A stretch of DNA of 64,000 bases from Octopus vulgaris. Taxonomy: Eukaryota. Within the stretch, counting starts at the first letter, position 1. Each line of letters begins with the position of its first letter. Shown here piece after piece: positions 60,101-64,000 of the stretch. The notes beneath the pieces are model-generated. The model made no database searches and was not told the DNA's origin. It saw only the letters and a program-made list of their open reading frames with translations. A program made the position numbers and the translations under genes. The DNA lies in the NCBI GenBank assembly GCA_951406725.2, contig OX597815.1, forward strand, positions 16,244,001 through 16,308,000, given 5' to 3'.

Positions 60101-63028
60101 GTAAAGTCATGTTTCAGGTTAACAATAGATCATTTGTAGATTTCTATTAATTTAAGAAGATAATAGTCTGAGAGGAAAAAGAGACCTGTTCATAGCTTTT
60201 CCATATAGTGCACACAGAAGGATAGGAATAATTAGATTTTGCTATTTATAGTCTGTTAGTTTAAGACATATGTAGAACAGAACAAGGCGGAAAAGTGAAG
60301 GACTAGACTAATTTGTGTTAACTTAAATGGTTTCAGTATTTTAGTGTTCAAAAGTTCCATAACATTCTGTGGTCTCATGTTCCATTACCGACACTTCCGG
60401 TAGTTTAAACTTCCCTCATAATACAAAGTAAACCTCTTTCGTCATGCATACAAATGCAAACTTTTCAAAGTAACATATCTCTCAGTGGCACGTAAAATGC
60501 ACCAACCGATCGTGGCCGTTGCCAGCCTCCCCTGGCACCTGTGCCGGTGGCACATAAAGAGCACCCACTACACTCTCGGAGTGGTTGGCGTTAGGAAGGG
60601 CATCAAGCTGTAGAAACACTGCCAGATCAGACTGGAGCCTGGTGCAGCCTCCTGGCTTCCCAGACCCCGGTCGAACCGTCCAACCCATGCTAGCATGGAA
60701 AACGGACGTTAAACAATGATGATGATGATGATTACCCCTCTATCTCAATGATAACTCATGTATATGATCACCTGTATATGTGCAGTATACAAGTATGCAT
60801 GATCAGGTATGTATGAGCATAGGTAGCTAAATGTGTGTATGTGGACACAACACTGGAAAGAACATGGGATAAGCAAAAAAATGATGTGTATGAATGTGTG
60901 TGTGTGTGTGTAAGCAAACATGTTATCTCAAATGACACTAAGCTATTAACAAAGAAAGAATATATTGTGAGTGTGTGTATGTAGATGACTATATGTGCTT
61001 GTGATTACGGAAGTGTCATCTATGATAGGTGACTTTTTTATAACTAATTAAATTTCCCACCCTTAAACCTCCCAATAATGACAAACGGATGTCTTCTCAC
61101 TTTCCACACAGCCCAATCCGCTGCAAAAGCACCCTCCTCTTTCGTTCTGGCACCAGACGGATTATGGATACGTAGTTGGAAACTCAAAAACACCAGAATT
61201 TGTTGCTGAAATAAACAAAAGCAAAGTAAATAAATGAAAATAAAACAGATCACATTCCAAACAAACATTAACTGTAATACAGAGATAAGGGATATAATTA
61301 CTATTAAGTACAGCCATAAATACTTAAGTACAGTATATTTAGGCATTACTGTCATCGCCATTTGAATAGTCTCTTTTCCATATCGAACTTGGAGTGATGT
61401 CATACAAGAATGAAAAGGTACCAAATATCTCAACTGATAAAAGAAATAAAGTTACTATATAAAGTTAATAATATACACACATAAGCAGCTGTTTATAAAA
61501 AAGAATATACATAAATACAGCTCTCACAAGAAGGTTCTGGTTTCAAACCCATTGCATGCCACCTTGGACAAATAACTTTTACTGTAACCTTTGGTCAAAT
61601 AGAAACTTTGTGTGTGCGTGTGTGTGTGTGTGTGTGTATACAAATCAGCCTTTCCATATTGGCATAGATTGAGTTTGTTGTTATGGTCAGATTGCATTTG
61701 GAGTAACTACACTTAAGATGGGTCAAGGATCATGTCTCGCTAATAGGCAACTATGCACATCTATATACACGTCTATGTATATAGCTATACATAACTATAC
61801 ATAGGTAGGTACAATAAATTCAGTGTGAATACTTGATAAATGCAAGCACCTGTATATGCCAGCTAGTAGCAGAGGTGAGAGGATATATGTATCAAATGAA
61901 ATAAAATAAAAACAGGACTCAAAGGATGTCGCGGTACACATGTTTCGAGCTTTATAAAACAACATGTAAGAATAGGTTGTTTTATAATGCTCGAAACATG
62001 TGTACCACAATGTCCTTTGTGTCCTGTTTTTTTTATTTTATTTCATTTGATACATAACTGTATATATTTATACACATGCATCTGTATCCTGGTTTATGTT
62101 ATGTCCTTTATGTCCAGTAACATGGCAGTCAATAATATAAGTACCCGATTGAAATATGTAAAGAGATTGATACAACAAACTAAACCAGTGAAGAAGGTGC
62201 AAGAACATATCCACAGTCTTAATGGCTTAACCCTTTAGTATTCAGATTATTCTACCAAATGTGATGCTTGTTTATTCACATTGCATTGAATTCATCATCA
62301 TCATCATCATCGTTTAACGTCCGCTTTCCATGCTAGCATGGGTTGGACGGTTCAACTGGGGTCTGGCAAGCCCGAAGGCTGCACCAGGCCAGTCAGATCT
62401 GGCAGTGTTTCTACAGCTGGATGCCCTTCCTAACGCCAACCACTCCGAGAGTGTAGTGGGTGATTTTATGTGCCACCGACACAGGTGCCAGACGAGGCTG
62501 GCAGACGGCCACGCTCGGATGGTGTTTTTTATGTGCCACCGACACAGGTGCCAGACGAGGCTGGCAGACGGCCACGCTCGGATGGTGTTTTTTATGTGCC
62601 ACCGACACAGGTGCCAGACGAGGCTGGCTGAATTAATCGTGCATTATCTCATAGCTGTGAGATTTCTGCGATGTGGCTCTTTACTTTGGGAATAATATTG
62701 TAGGATAGGGTAAGAGGCTGGATCTGACTGGGTTTGAGCAAAAAGGAGGTAAAATATTTAGGCTAGATATGGCCGGTTTGAATACTAAAGGGTTAAGCCA
62801 GTAAAAGAATAGATATAAACAACAATTTAGTGATATATTGAAAAAGAAAAACAACAAAAAACAATTACTTGCAGCTGGTTTTGTTGACTCCAGAAGTTGA
62901 GCAGAAGTTGTATTGCCGACTCGCCTAACAGACACATCTGGTGTTGGTTATTTACAGCTGATTGTTGCACAAAAAGATTTGCTGACAACAATATGTATTC
63001 AAGCACTTTCATATTTGCCTTCTTATTG
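1161..63028 (-). CDS. ATM: Serine/threonine-protein kinase ATM, partial (36 internal exons; N-terminus and kinase/FATC domains outside window)
   Basis: Manually spliced exons give one open frame with matching phases. Motifs match recalled ATM sequence: HNPSGARTKEEGAF, KVIPWLQ, PNPNPPYY, LDPFP, CLGIIGPVD, FCELVLPYLVHDI, NNFWLDLDY..IAKAA..CSAHFTAILYSEIW, YREIGDPDGPYGCG, YEHENQWKKA, QYEAAWR. Confidence 0.96.
1800..1939 (-). CDS. ATM: ATM exon w35 (SLHKCGLNHILGTYLNKL...PELQELQYEAAWRTAQWN)
   Basis: gacAG/GTAAGT; 140 nt; GL.HIL..YL and Y.AAWR..QW motifs. Confidence 0.94.
2276..2690 (+). mobile_element. SINE family A, head plus two tandem bodies
   Basis: Body repeated directly; flanked by near-identical 19-bp TSD GATAAGAATAT(T/C)AATCCTA (2257-2275, 2691-2709). 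Confidence 0.88.
2719..2821 (-). CDS. ATM: ATM exon w34 (IQFYEHENQWKKAIVSYDILMTEPEPTVQLGMLK)
   Basis: tcacAG/GTAAGG; 103 nt; YEHE..W.KA...YD motif. Confidence 0.94.
2967..3349 (+). mobile_element. Helitron relic with damaged 3' hairpin
   Basis: A|TCTATATATATATAAAGTTGAAGTTG start as in other copies; ends ACAAACCCGAG-TGATACTGCTA. Confidence 0.65.
3753..4141 (+). mobile_element. Family R (5'-truncated RTE 3'UTR or derived SINE), representative of ~25 copies
   Basis: Shared AAAAGCACCCACTACACTC..GGAGTGGTTGG(C/T)GTTAGGAAGGGCATCCAGCTGTAGAAAC...CCAACCCATGCTAGCATGGAAA..GACGTTAAAC(GAT)n. Copies near 5965, 7217, 10350, 12238(-), 15078, 19410, 24633, 26790(-), 28815(-), 29647, 38778(-), 40458(-), 41138(-), 43264, 43488(-), 48983(-), 49253, 54626, 55273(-), 56687(-), 58515, 60484, 62293(-). 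Confidence 0.88.
4360..4551 (-). CDS. ATM: ATM exon w33 (ESQEEKSS...LLKAYREIGDPDGPYGCGAGTLSDPTS)
   Basis: tttcAG/GTAAAC; 192 nt; YR.IG.PD..YGCG motif. Confidence 0.94.
6720..6843. repeat. (GA)n/(GAAA)n microsatellite
   Basis: Direct reading; other examples are (CT)/(CA) 11620-11712, (AT) 13610-13658, (GA) 17444-17512, (AT)/(GA) 30082-30159. Confidence 0.95.
6874..7014 (-). CDS. ATM: ATM exon w32 (SENCPRTSWQNNFWLDLDYSHIAKAANFCSAHFTAILYSEIWWYAQ), FAT domain start
   Basis: ctacAG/GTAAGT; 141 nt; highly conserved FWLDL.Y and AHFTA.LY.EI. Confidence 0.93.
7838..8415. mobile_element. Tc1/mariner/pogo-type MITE with a SINE A inserted
   Basis: TA|CTGTATTCGATGGCCTACAAGATGCAC ... GTGCATCTTATAGGCCATCAAATACAA|TA inverted termini. 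Confidence 0.75.
9113..9227 (-). CDS. ATM: ATM exon w31 (NTIKICMNKQSVQKMLNVVQYLRQQPRTTRTAKKSSK), predicted GC donor
   Basis: ctgcAG acceptor; ML.VV.Y.R.Q motif; phase-2 end needed, best site AG|GCTAGT. Confidence 0.82.
9480..9878 (+). mobile_element. Non-autonomous Helitron
   Basis: 5' TC after A, 3' CTAG before T, subterminal hairpin CCCGAGCAACGCCGGG ~10 nt upstream; no TSD. Confidence 0.85.
10056..10218 (-). CDS. ATM: ATM exon w30 (TEFCELVLPYLVHDICLNQ...VTSKST)
   Basis: tttcAG/GTCTGT; 163 nt; FC..VLPYL.HDI motif. Confidence 0.9.
11379..11561 (-). CDS. ATM: ATM exon w29 (SKGHVTTKDPS...LWNPSHSNHSDWIRNLTCSLI...PICQVK)
   Basis: ttccAG/GTAGGT; 183 nt; LW.P...NH..WI..LT motif. Confidence 0.92.
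11885..12014 (-). CDS. ATM: ATM exon w28 (MTTVQCAAQVLRSMLSTKAGRQF...FYPFFK)
   Basis: tttcAG/GTGAAC; 130 nt; L.TK.G..F motif. Confidence 0.92.
13213..13879 (+). mobile_element. tRNA-derived SINE family B with internal (AT)n/(GT)n and duplicated 3' half
   Basis: GGCGCAGGAGTGGCTGTGTGGTAAG head, GGTTCAGTCCC B-box, tail CTGAAACAAGTAAAAGAG. Other copies 19991-20397(-), 21866-22288(-), 33409-33796(-), 56161-56568(-), degraded 14277-14510(+). Confidence 0.87.
13936..14206 (-). CDS. ATM: ATM exon w27 (GSEDIVCQLVQELAC...AALCLGIIGPVDIS...LNQYLVDS)
   Basis: cttAG/GTGAGT; 271 nt; CLG..GP.D motif. Confidence 0.93.
14665..15010 (+). mobile_element. Degraded RTE-like LINE 3' end with (TAAG)n tail
   Basis: ILYGNETWNTT..ETFHQHCL..I.W motif; ends GAGTCTAAGTAAGTA. 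Confidence 0.65.
15818..16895 (+). mobile_element. Internally deleted piggyBac transposon
   Basis: TTAA TSDs, TIR CCCTTTCGTTAC/GTAACGAAAGGG; remnant peptide LDYFFLLF...IVTAETNRYAK...W.PITLNEIK....I.IIMGIRKLP at ~16370-16560 and acidic N-terminal remnant. Confidence 0.88.
17186..17318 (-). CDS. ATM: ATM exon w26 (EIEWFLKTGKDVTLYRGTRSVESLKFLHKQL...IVQ)
   Basis: tgtAG/GTAACA; 133 nt. Confidence 0.9.
18009..18525 (+). mobile_element. Non-autonomous Helitron (same family as 9480)
   Basis: A|TC...CCCGAGCAACGCCGGGCGATACTGCTAG|T; 5' ~200 bp shared with 9480 copy. Confidence 0.85.
18559..18711 (-). CDS. ATM: ATM exon w25 (VLNLLESMIFND...ELDPFPKSE...KYKCGKFSLQQ)
   Basis: tttAG/GTGAGT; 153 nt; LDPFP and KY..G.FSL motifs. 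Confidence 0.94.
19095..19358 (-). mobile_element. RTE-like LINE 3' end with (CAAGT)n tail
   Basis: Minus frame GGQRKTWLVTVKANLEPNLGPHIYGVRRWNKEWLEIMRSLASNRQAWSAFVRDA; tail TCAAGTCAAGTCA. Confidence 0.75.
21459..21533 (-). CDS. ATM: ATM exon w24 (EFSKFLPQIVKTLMPYCCGYTFSHT)
   Basis: tttcAG/GTATGT; 75 nt; IV.TL.P motif. Confidence 0.85.
21672..21774 (-). CDS. ATM: ATM exon w23 (IQCCNDEKYIEATIELALKLLLQFNFASSTSFSK)
   Basis: tttcAG/GTAACA; 103 nt. Confidence 0.84.
22536..22975 (+). mobile_element. CR1-like LINE 3' end with (ATT)n tail
   Basis: LKLRRLAADLADTHKII...TRGHIYKV..Q......RKHFF motif; copies 4678-5046(+), 46627-46920(-), 59129-59690(-). Confidence 0.85.
23092..23495 (+). mobile_element. 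TIR MITE with 8-bp TSD (Merlin- or hAT-like)
   Basis: TIR GGAT.TTTTCGGTTTGA..GGCAG; TSD CACACACC on both sides; internal CCCTAACCCTAA. Confidence 0.85.
23847..24270 (+). mobile_element. RTE-like LINE 3' end, second family
   Basis: ILLYGSETWTL...QFAGHCCR...AMMDREVWR..STTVEQ* then (TGA)n; near-identical copy 57553-57893(-); sits within older degraded RT sequence (FVDL.K.FDR at ~23745-23785). Confidence 0.88.
24637..25117 (+). repeat. Eight ~60-bp GC-rich tandem units in the 5' part of a family R copy
   Basis: Units CGTG(G/T)CCGTT(T)GCCAGC..CTGGCCCCGTG(T/C)CGGTG(G/A)CAC.TAAAAGCACCATCCGTT in order A-B-A-A-B-A-A-B. Confidence 0.92.
25324..25749 (-). mobile_element. Solo LTR (Gypsy-like), 426 bp
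   Basis: TG...CA termini with short terminal inverted repeat (TGTAAC/CTACA), CTTT 4-bp TSD, AATAAA on minus strand (~25447-52), CpG-rich; interrupts a piggyBac MITE. Confidence 0.75.
26390..26607 (-). CDS. ATM: ATM exon w22 (DHFWKILLLL...YHLFVDLLLQE...GQQIK)
   Basis: tttcAG/GTAAGG; 218 nt; YHLFV.LLL motif. Confidence 0.92.
27387..27528 (-). CDS. ATM: ATM exon w21 (VLTPNPNPPYYKRDVIMTTLQYLANN...YLSLHA)
   Basis: ttttcAG/GTAAGT; 142 nt; P.PNPP motif. Confidence 0.92.
27774..28099 (+). mobile_element. tRNA-headed SINE-like element with trinucleotide linker and hammerhead-ribozyme-containing tail
   Basis: A-box TAGTGGTTAAG, B-box GAGTTCGATTCC, acceptor-like stem GTTATTG(27774-80)/CAGTGAC(27840-46); (AAC)(AGC)(CCT)(CAT) repeats; hammerhead core downstream. 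Confidence 0.75.
28006..28051 (+). ncRNA. Minimal type I hammerhead ribozyme (Penelope-like-element type)
   Basis: Helix I GACAC/GTGTT; core CTGAGGA (CUGANGA); helix II GGCTG/CAGCC; GAAA; palindromic helix III ACGT; cleavage triplet GUU. Confidence 0.7.
29942..30081. repeat. 140-bp spacerless imperfect palindrome (probably hairpin MITE)
   Basis: Two 70-bp arms centred at 30011/30012 (AAAA|TTTT); 6 transition mismatches; TA-rich termini. Confidence 0.9.
30182..30261 (-). CDS. ATM: ATM exon w20 (DIENCLKKNVSDFIVQLLLCLDEKPD)
   Basis: tttcAG/GTAAGC; 80 nt. Confidence 0.88.
31054..31274 (+). mobile_element. piggyBac-type MITE (~220 bp)
   Basis: TTAA|CCCTTTAG...CTAAAGGG|TTAA; copies 39465-39684(+), 24613-25913(-, with nested insertions), 62231-62792(-, family R inserted with TGAATT TSD). 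Confidence 0.85.
32057..32312 (-). CDS. ATM: ATM exon w19 (KYTSVCLPLV...LLVHILPYLA...LLQYFTEE)
   Basis: ttccAG/GTAAGT; 256 nt; ILPY.A motif. Confidence 0.92.
32640..33180 (+). mobile_element. RTE-type LINE apurinic endonuclease fragment (frameshifted)
   Basis: GTLNVGTLKGRSGE, DLCCIQEVRWGG, IISAYVPQPG, VAGDFNGHVG split over ORFs 32598..32990 and 32968..33204. Confidence 0.9.
34175..34335 (-). CDS. ATM: ATM exon w18 (VLTLSAIRLKHKSLQDLMVIHLPFLVNKWL...FPYQLLECSSEVDFY)
   Basis: ttccAG/GTAAGT; 161 nt; HL..LV..WL and FP..LL motifs. Confidence 0.93.
36492..36781 (+). mobile_element. Same MITE superfamily, shorter subfamily
   Basis: TIR GGATCTTTTCACTTTGAC..GCAG; perfect TSD TACTGGAT. Confidence 0.87.
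36967..37285 (+). mobile_element. Non-autonomous Helitron (related family)
   Basis: A|TC...CCCGGGCAACGCCGGGCTATGCTGCTAG|T. Confidence 0.8.
37616..37765 (-). CDS. ATM: ATM exon w17 (DSNQCVQLSRTSSFLLAMSTIICNCPLYERKA...DFVKK)
   Basis: ttacAG/GTGAGA; 150 nt; resembles CSPICEKQA...LVKK. Confidence 0.92.
39947..40058 (-). CDS. ATM: ATM exon w16 (LFRTEDKTGRNCYLSQNQQESSFREVYKYSEENLTVL)
   Basis: tgcAG/GTAAAA; 112 nt. Confidence 0.86.
41804..41934 (-). CDS. ATM: ATM exon w15 (IDPEGKWAVDSTDD...FLTDPCFHIRYFCASNIT)
   Basis: ttccAG/GTTTGT; 131 nt; DP..KWA and FL.D....R motifs. Confidence 0.9.
42184..42568. repeat. 77-bp minisatellite, 5 near-perfect copies
   Basis: Unit AGAGTAAAGAGAGATACAAAGAATTAAGAGGTACAAGTGAGTTAAAGGGTGCACATACTAGGCTTGGTGGCAAGCAA; one substitution in copy 4. 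Confidence 0.96.
43030..43105 (-). CDS. ATM: ATM exon w14 (SLQGDKKYNTSVRLSLATCLHTFIK)
   Basis: gtcAG/GTAGGT; 76 nt; KY..SVR..L..CL motif. Confidence 0.9.
44258..44416 (-). CDS. ATM: ATM exon w13 (NIMKQHWRDPAIYQKC...ALQLFKIIW)
   Basis: aatAG/GTAAGT; 159 nt; resembles YRRDQDVCK. Confidence 0.88.
44500..45267 (-). mobile_element. SINE family A, head plus four tandem bodies
   Basis: Four ~170-185 bp direct repeats and one tRNA-like head; 19-bp TSD CATACACATGAT(A/G)TTAATC (44481-44499, 45276-45294). Confidence 0.88.
45923..46005 (-). CDS. ATM: ATM exon w12 (FQTIVSTLCSTHQHLTESNLECLMLTV)
   Basis: cttacaAG/GTAAAA; 83 nt. Confidence 0.82.
46239..46417 (-). CDS. ATM: ATM exon w11 (AFSQVLSPEETLCCQTMQLLCLW...KSFHLQM)
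   Basis: tttcAG/GTAAGT; 179 nt. Confidence 0.88.
47164..47411 (+). mobile_element. tRNA-derived SINE family C
   Basis: GGAGGCGCGTGGCTTAGTGGTTAGGG A-box, GGTTTCAATTCC B-box, central TTGAGCAAAACACTT...CCACTCAGCTGGCAAAAATGAGT; related fragments at ~39345-39460 and ~45410-45660(-). Confidence 0.75.
47719..47869 (-). CDS. ATM: ATM exon w10 (ILPSSVNRQSE...LDDIFDEDDDANNEFKESAMK), acidic linker
   Basis: ctccAG/GTAGTT; 151 nt; phase 0 to 1. Confidence 0.82.
47982..48684 (-). pseudogene. Mariner (DD34D, Mos1/Hsmar1-like) transposase pseudogene, 3' half
   Basis: FLHQIVIYDEKWILFDN, VWWSEKGVIHY, LLHNNAHPH, HPPYSPDISPTD..LF; frameshifted; TIR-like TTAGGTTG at 47982. Confidence 0.92.
49133..49214 (-). 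pseudogene. 5S rRNA-derived fragment (internal ~80 nt, both ends missing)
   Basis: Minus strand CACGTTGAAAGCACTGGTTCTCGTCCGATCACCCAAGTTAAGCAACATCGAGCCTAGTTAGTACTTAGATGGGTGACCGCTT matches recalled metazoan 5S, including the A-box and C-box region. Confidence 0.9.
49811..50143 (-). CDS. ATM: ATM exon w9 (NWCIQKASYISCLLSKC...LIAVVKEQ)
   Basis: tttAG/GTAAAT; 333 nt, phase 0/0. Confidence 0.88.
50530..50948 (-). mobile_element. Same MITE family, inverted copy
   Basis: GGATCTTTT...AAAAGATCC termini; TSD (G/A)TTACTTG; internal (TTAGGG)3. Confidence 0.85.
51414..52071 (-). CDS. ATM: ATM exon w8 (largest, 658 nt; KISLQHCQDSNFKLMSTLL...QNLNTDD)
   Basis: ccacAG/GTAAGT; contains most of ORF 51402..52028. 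Confidence 0.9.
52336..52440 (-). CDS. ATM: ATM exon w7 (CDVTELLLSCLQILASVLTTEYADIWTKVWDNCL)
   Basis: aAG/GTAAGT; 105 nt; W..VW motif. Confidence 0.85.
53380..54030. repeat. Degenerate (TAGTG)-rich low-complexity tract
   Basis: Recurrent TAGTG/GTAGT/TGGTA words with C depletion on the + strand. Confidence 0.7.
54381..54488 (-). CDS. ATM: ATM exon w6 (LQLMHCLLERHPSDFQDGEAQPLLQVLSQFQSDAK)
   Basis: AG/GTAAGA; 108 nt; completes PWLQ motif. Confidence 0.92.
55123..57150 (-). mobile_element. Decayed mariner element with both TIRs, interrupted by three retroposons
   Basis: TA|CAAGGGTTGGCTGAAAAGTTCA and TGAACTATTCAGTGAACCCTCA|TA; remnants VIKYLQK..TPKDIHADMV, DDPRS.HP, ECWVNHFDLETKRQSM*WKH, RQWKKCVNHKGDYVEK*. 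Confidence 0.85.
57553..57893 (-). mobile_element. RTE-like LINE 3' end, copy of 23847 family
   Basis: ORF 57566..57886 nearly identical to C-terminus of ORF 23785..24252; (TGA)n tail. Confidence 0.88.
58007..58152 (-). CDS. ATM: ATM exon w5 (MFYITSSSTSSDDDSESGIVAKKQRLE...KVIPW), includes basic NLS-like KKQR
   Basis: AG/GTAAGA; 146 nt. Confidence 0.9.
58809..58875 (-). CDS. ATM: ATM exon w4 (SRDSVTVLGKDLVQFAADLYHQ)
   Basis: AG/GTATGT; 67 nt; resembles ATM LMADICHQ. Confidence 0.88.
59129..59690 (-). mobile_element. CR1-like LINE 3' end, longest copy
   Basis: ORF 59251..59604; upstream AP..AQDINCLEAVQ.RATKRIP remnant; (ATT)n tail. Confidence 0.85.
59871..59947 (-). CDS. ATM: ATM exon w3 (SHLKKMYKIVHNYLEEFNSRHTLSS)
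   Basis: ttttcaAG/GTTCGT; 77 nt; phase 0 to 2 fits neighbours. Confidence 0.82.
61101..61205 (-). CDS. ATM: ATM exon w2 (QQILVFLSFQLRIHNPSGARTKEEGAFAADWAVWK)
   Basis: AG/GTGAGA; 105 nt; matches ATM HHPKGAKT motif. Confidence 0.93.
62869..63028 (-). CDS. ATM: ATM exon w1 (NKKANMKVLEYILLSANLF...NFWSQQNQLQ)
   Basis: tttcAG acceptor, GTAATT donor; 160 nt; ends phase 0. Confidence 0.85.
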
Positions 63029-63079
63029 CTGAAATATGAAAACAAGGGAGCTTTGTCTTTTACCAGTTTAGATATTCCA

Positions 63080-63705
63080 ATCATCATCATCATTTAACGT
63101 CCGTTTTCCATGCTAGCATGGGTTGGACGTTTCGACTGGGGTCTGGGAAGCCAGGAGGCTGCACCAGGCTCCAGTCTGATCGGGCAGTGTTTTTACAGCT
63201 GGATGCCCTTCCTAATGCCAACCACTCCGTGAGTGTAGTGGGTGCTTTTTATGTGCCAGGCGAGGCTGGCAACGGCCACGAGCAGTTGGTGCTTCTTACG
63301 TGCCACCGGCACGGAAGCCAGTCGAGGTGGTGCTGGCAATGGCCACTTTTGGATGGTGCTTTCTACGTGCCACCAGCACTGGTATCACAACTACAATTTC
63401 CATTGATTTTTTTGATTGATTTCGAATTCACTTGCCTCAACAGGTCTTCGCACGCAGAGTTTTGTGTCCAAAGAAGGAAAGGTATGCATAAGTGAACAGG
63501 CTACATCCCAGGTAAAGGCCACGAGTTATGGTCTCACTTGTCCTGCTGGGTCTTCTCACACACAGCATATTTCCAAAGGTCTTGGTCACTAGTCATTGCC
63601 TCAGTGAGACCTAATGTTCGAAGGTCATGCTTCACCACCTTGTCCCAGGTTTTCCTGGGTCTACCTCTTCCACAGGTTCCCTCAACCGCTAGGGTGTGGC
63701 ACTTT
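63080..63705 (-). mobile_element. RTE-clade LINE 3' end: ORF terminus, repeat-containing 3'UTR and (ATG)n tail (source of family R)
   Basis: Minus frame KCHTLAVEGTCGRGRPRKTWDKVVKHDLRTLGLTEAMTSDQDLWKYAVCEKT runs into the ~60-bp hairpin repeats and the GGAGTGGTTGGCATTAGGAAGGGCATCCAGC...GTTAAATGATGATG tail; same arrangement at 35385-35890(+); ORF end also at 43850-44050(+). Confidence 0.85.
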
Positions 63706-64000
63706 TCTAATATTTTAACATATAATAATCCAGCTCTTCAGGGCTGAGCTGGTCAGCTCCTGTCAAACCATTCAATCCATGCCTGCATGGAAAACAGATG
63801 TTAAATAATGATGATGAAGCAGCAGCATAATCCAATAATGGTTTAGAATGAAGAAACTGGACATATAAAATAATAGTTCTCTGTTTAAACCCAGCTTAAG
63901 GATATGTATTGGCTTCTGTGCCGGTGGCACGTAAAATTTAAAAGAATGGCAGAAGAGTAGTGAATGACAGGGAGTGTTGCTGGTGACGTGCAGAACATGG

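Overview
AT-rich, repeat-dense eukaryotic genomic DNA, most likely from an octopus or other coleoid cephalopod (inferred from repeat types and microsatellite load). The whole window lies inside one minus-strand gene, the DNA-damage kinase ATM. I traced 36 consecutive, phase-consistent coding exons (63028 down to 1161; 5661 nt, about 1887 codons). They cover the HEAT-repeat region through the start of the FAT domain, roughly human residues 220-2150 by recalled sequence. The start codon and the kinase domain lie outside the window. Introns are packed with tRNA-derived SINEs, 5'-truncated RTE and CR1 LINEs, non-autonomous Helitrons, piggyBac, mariner and Merlin-like DNA elements, a solo LTR and tandem repeats. 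Most ORFs in the supplied track are repeat artefacts. The most notable observations are a tRNA-headed SINE carrying a minimal type I hammerhead ribozyme of the Penelope-like-element kind (27774-28099), a 5S rRNA/RTE-tail chimera (48983-49214), an RTE 3'UTR built from hairpin tandem repeats, a required GC-AG intron in ATM, and several dsRNA-forming inverted structures. Homology calls are from memory and manual translation, not database searches. Repeat boundaries are approximate.
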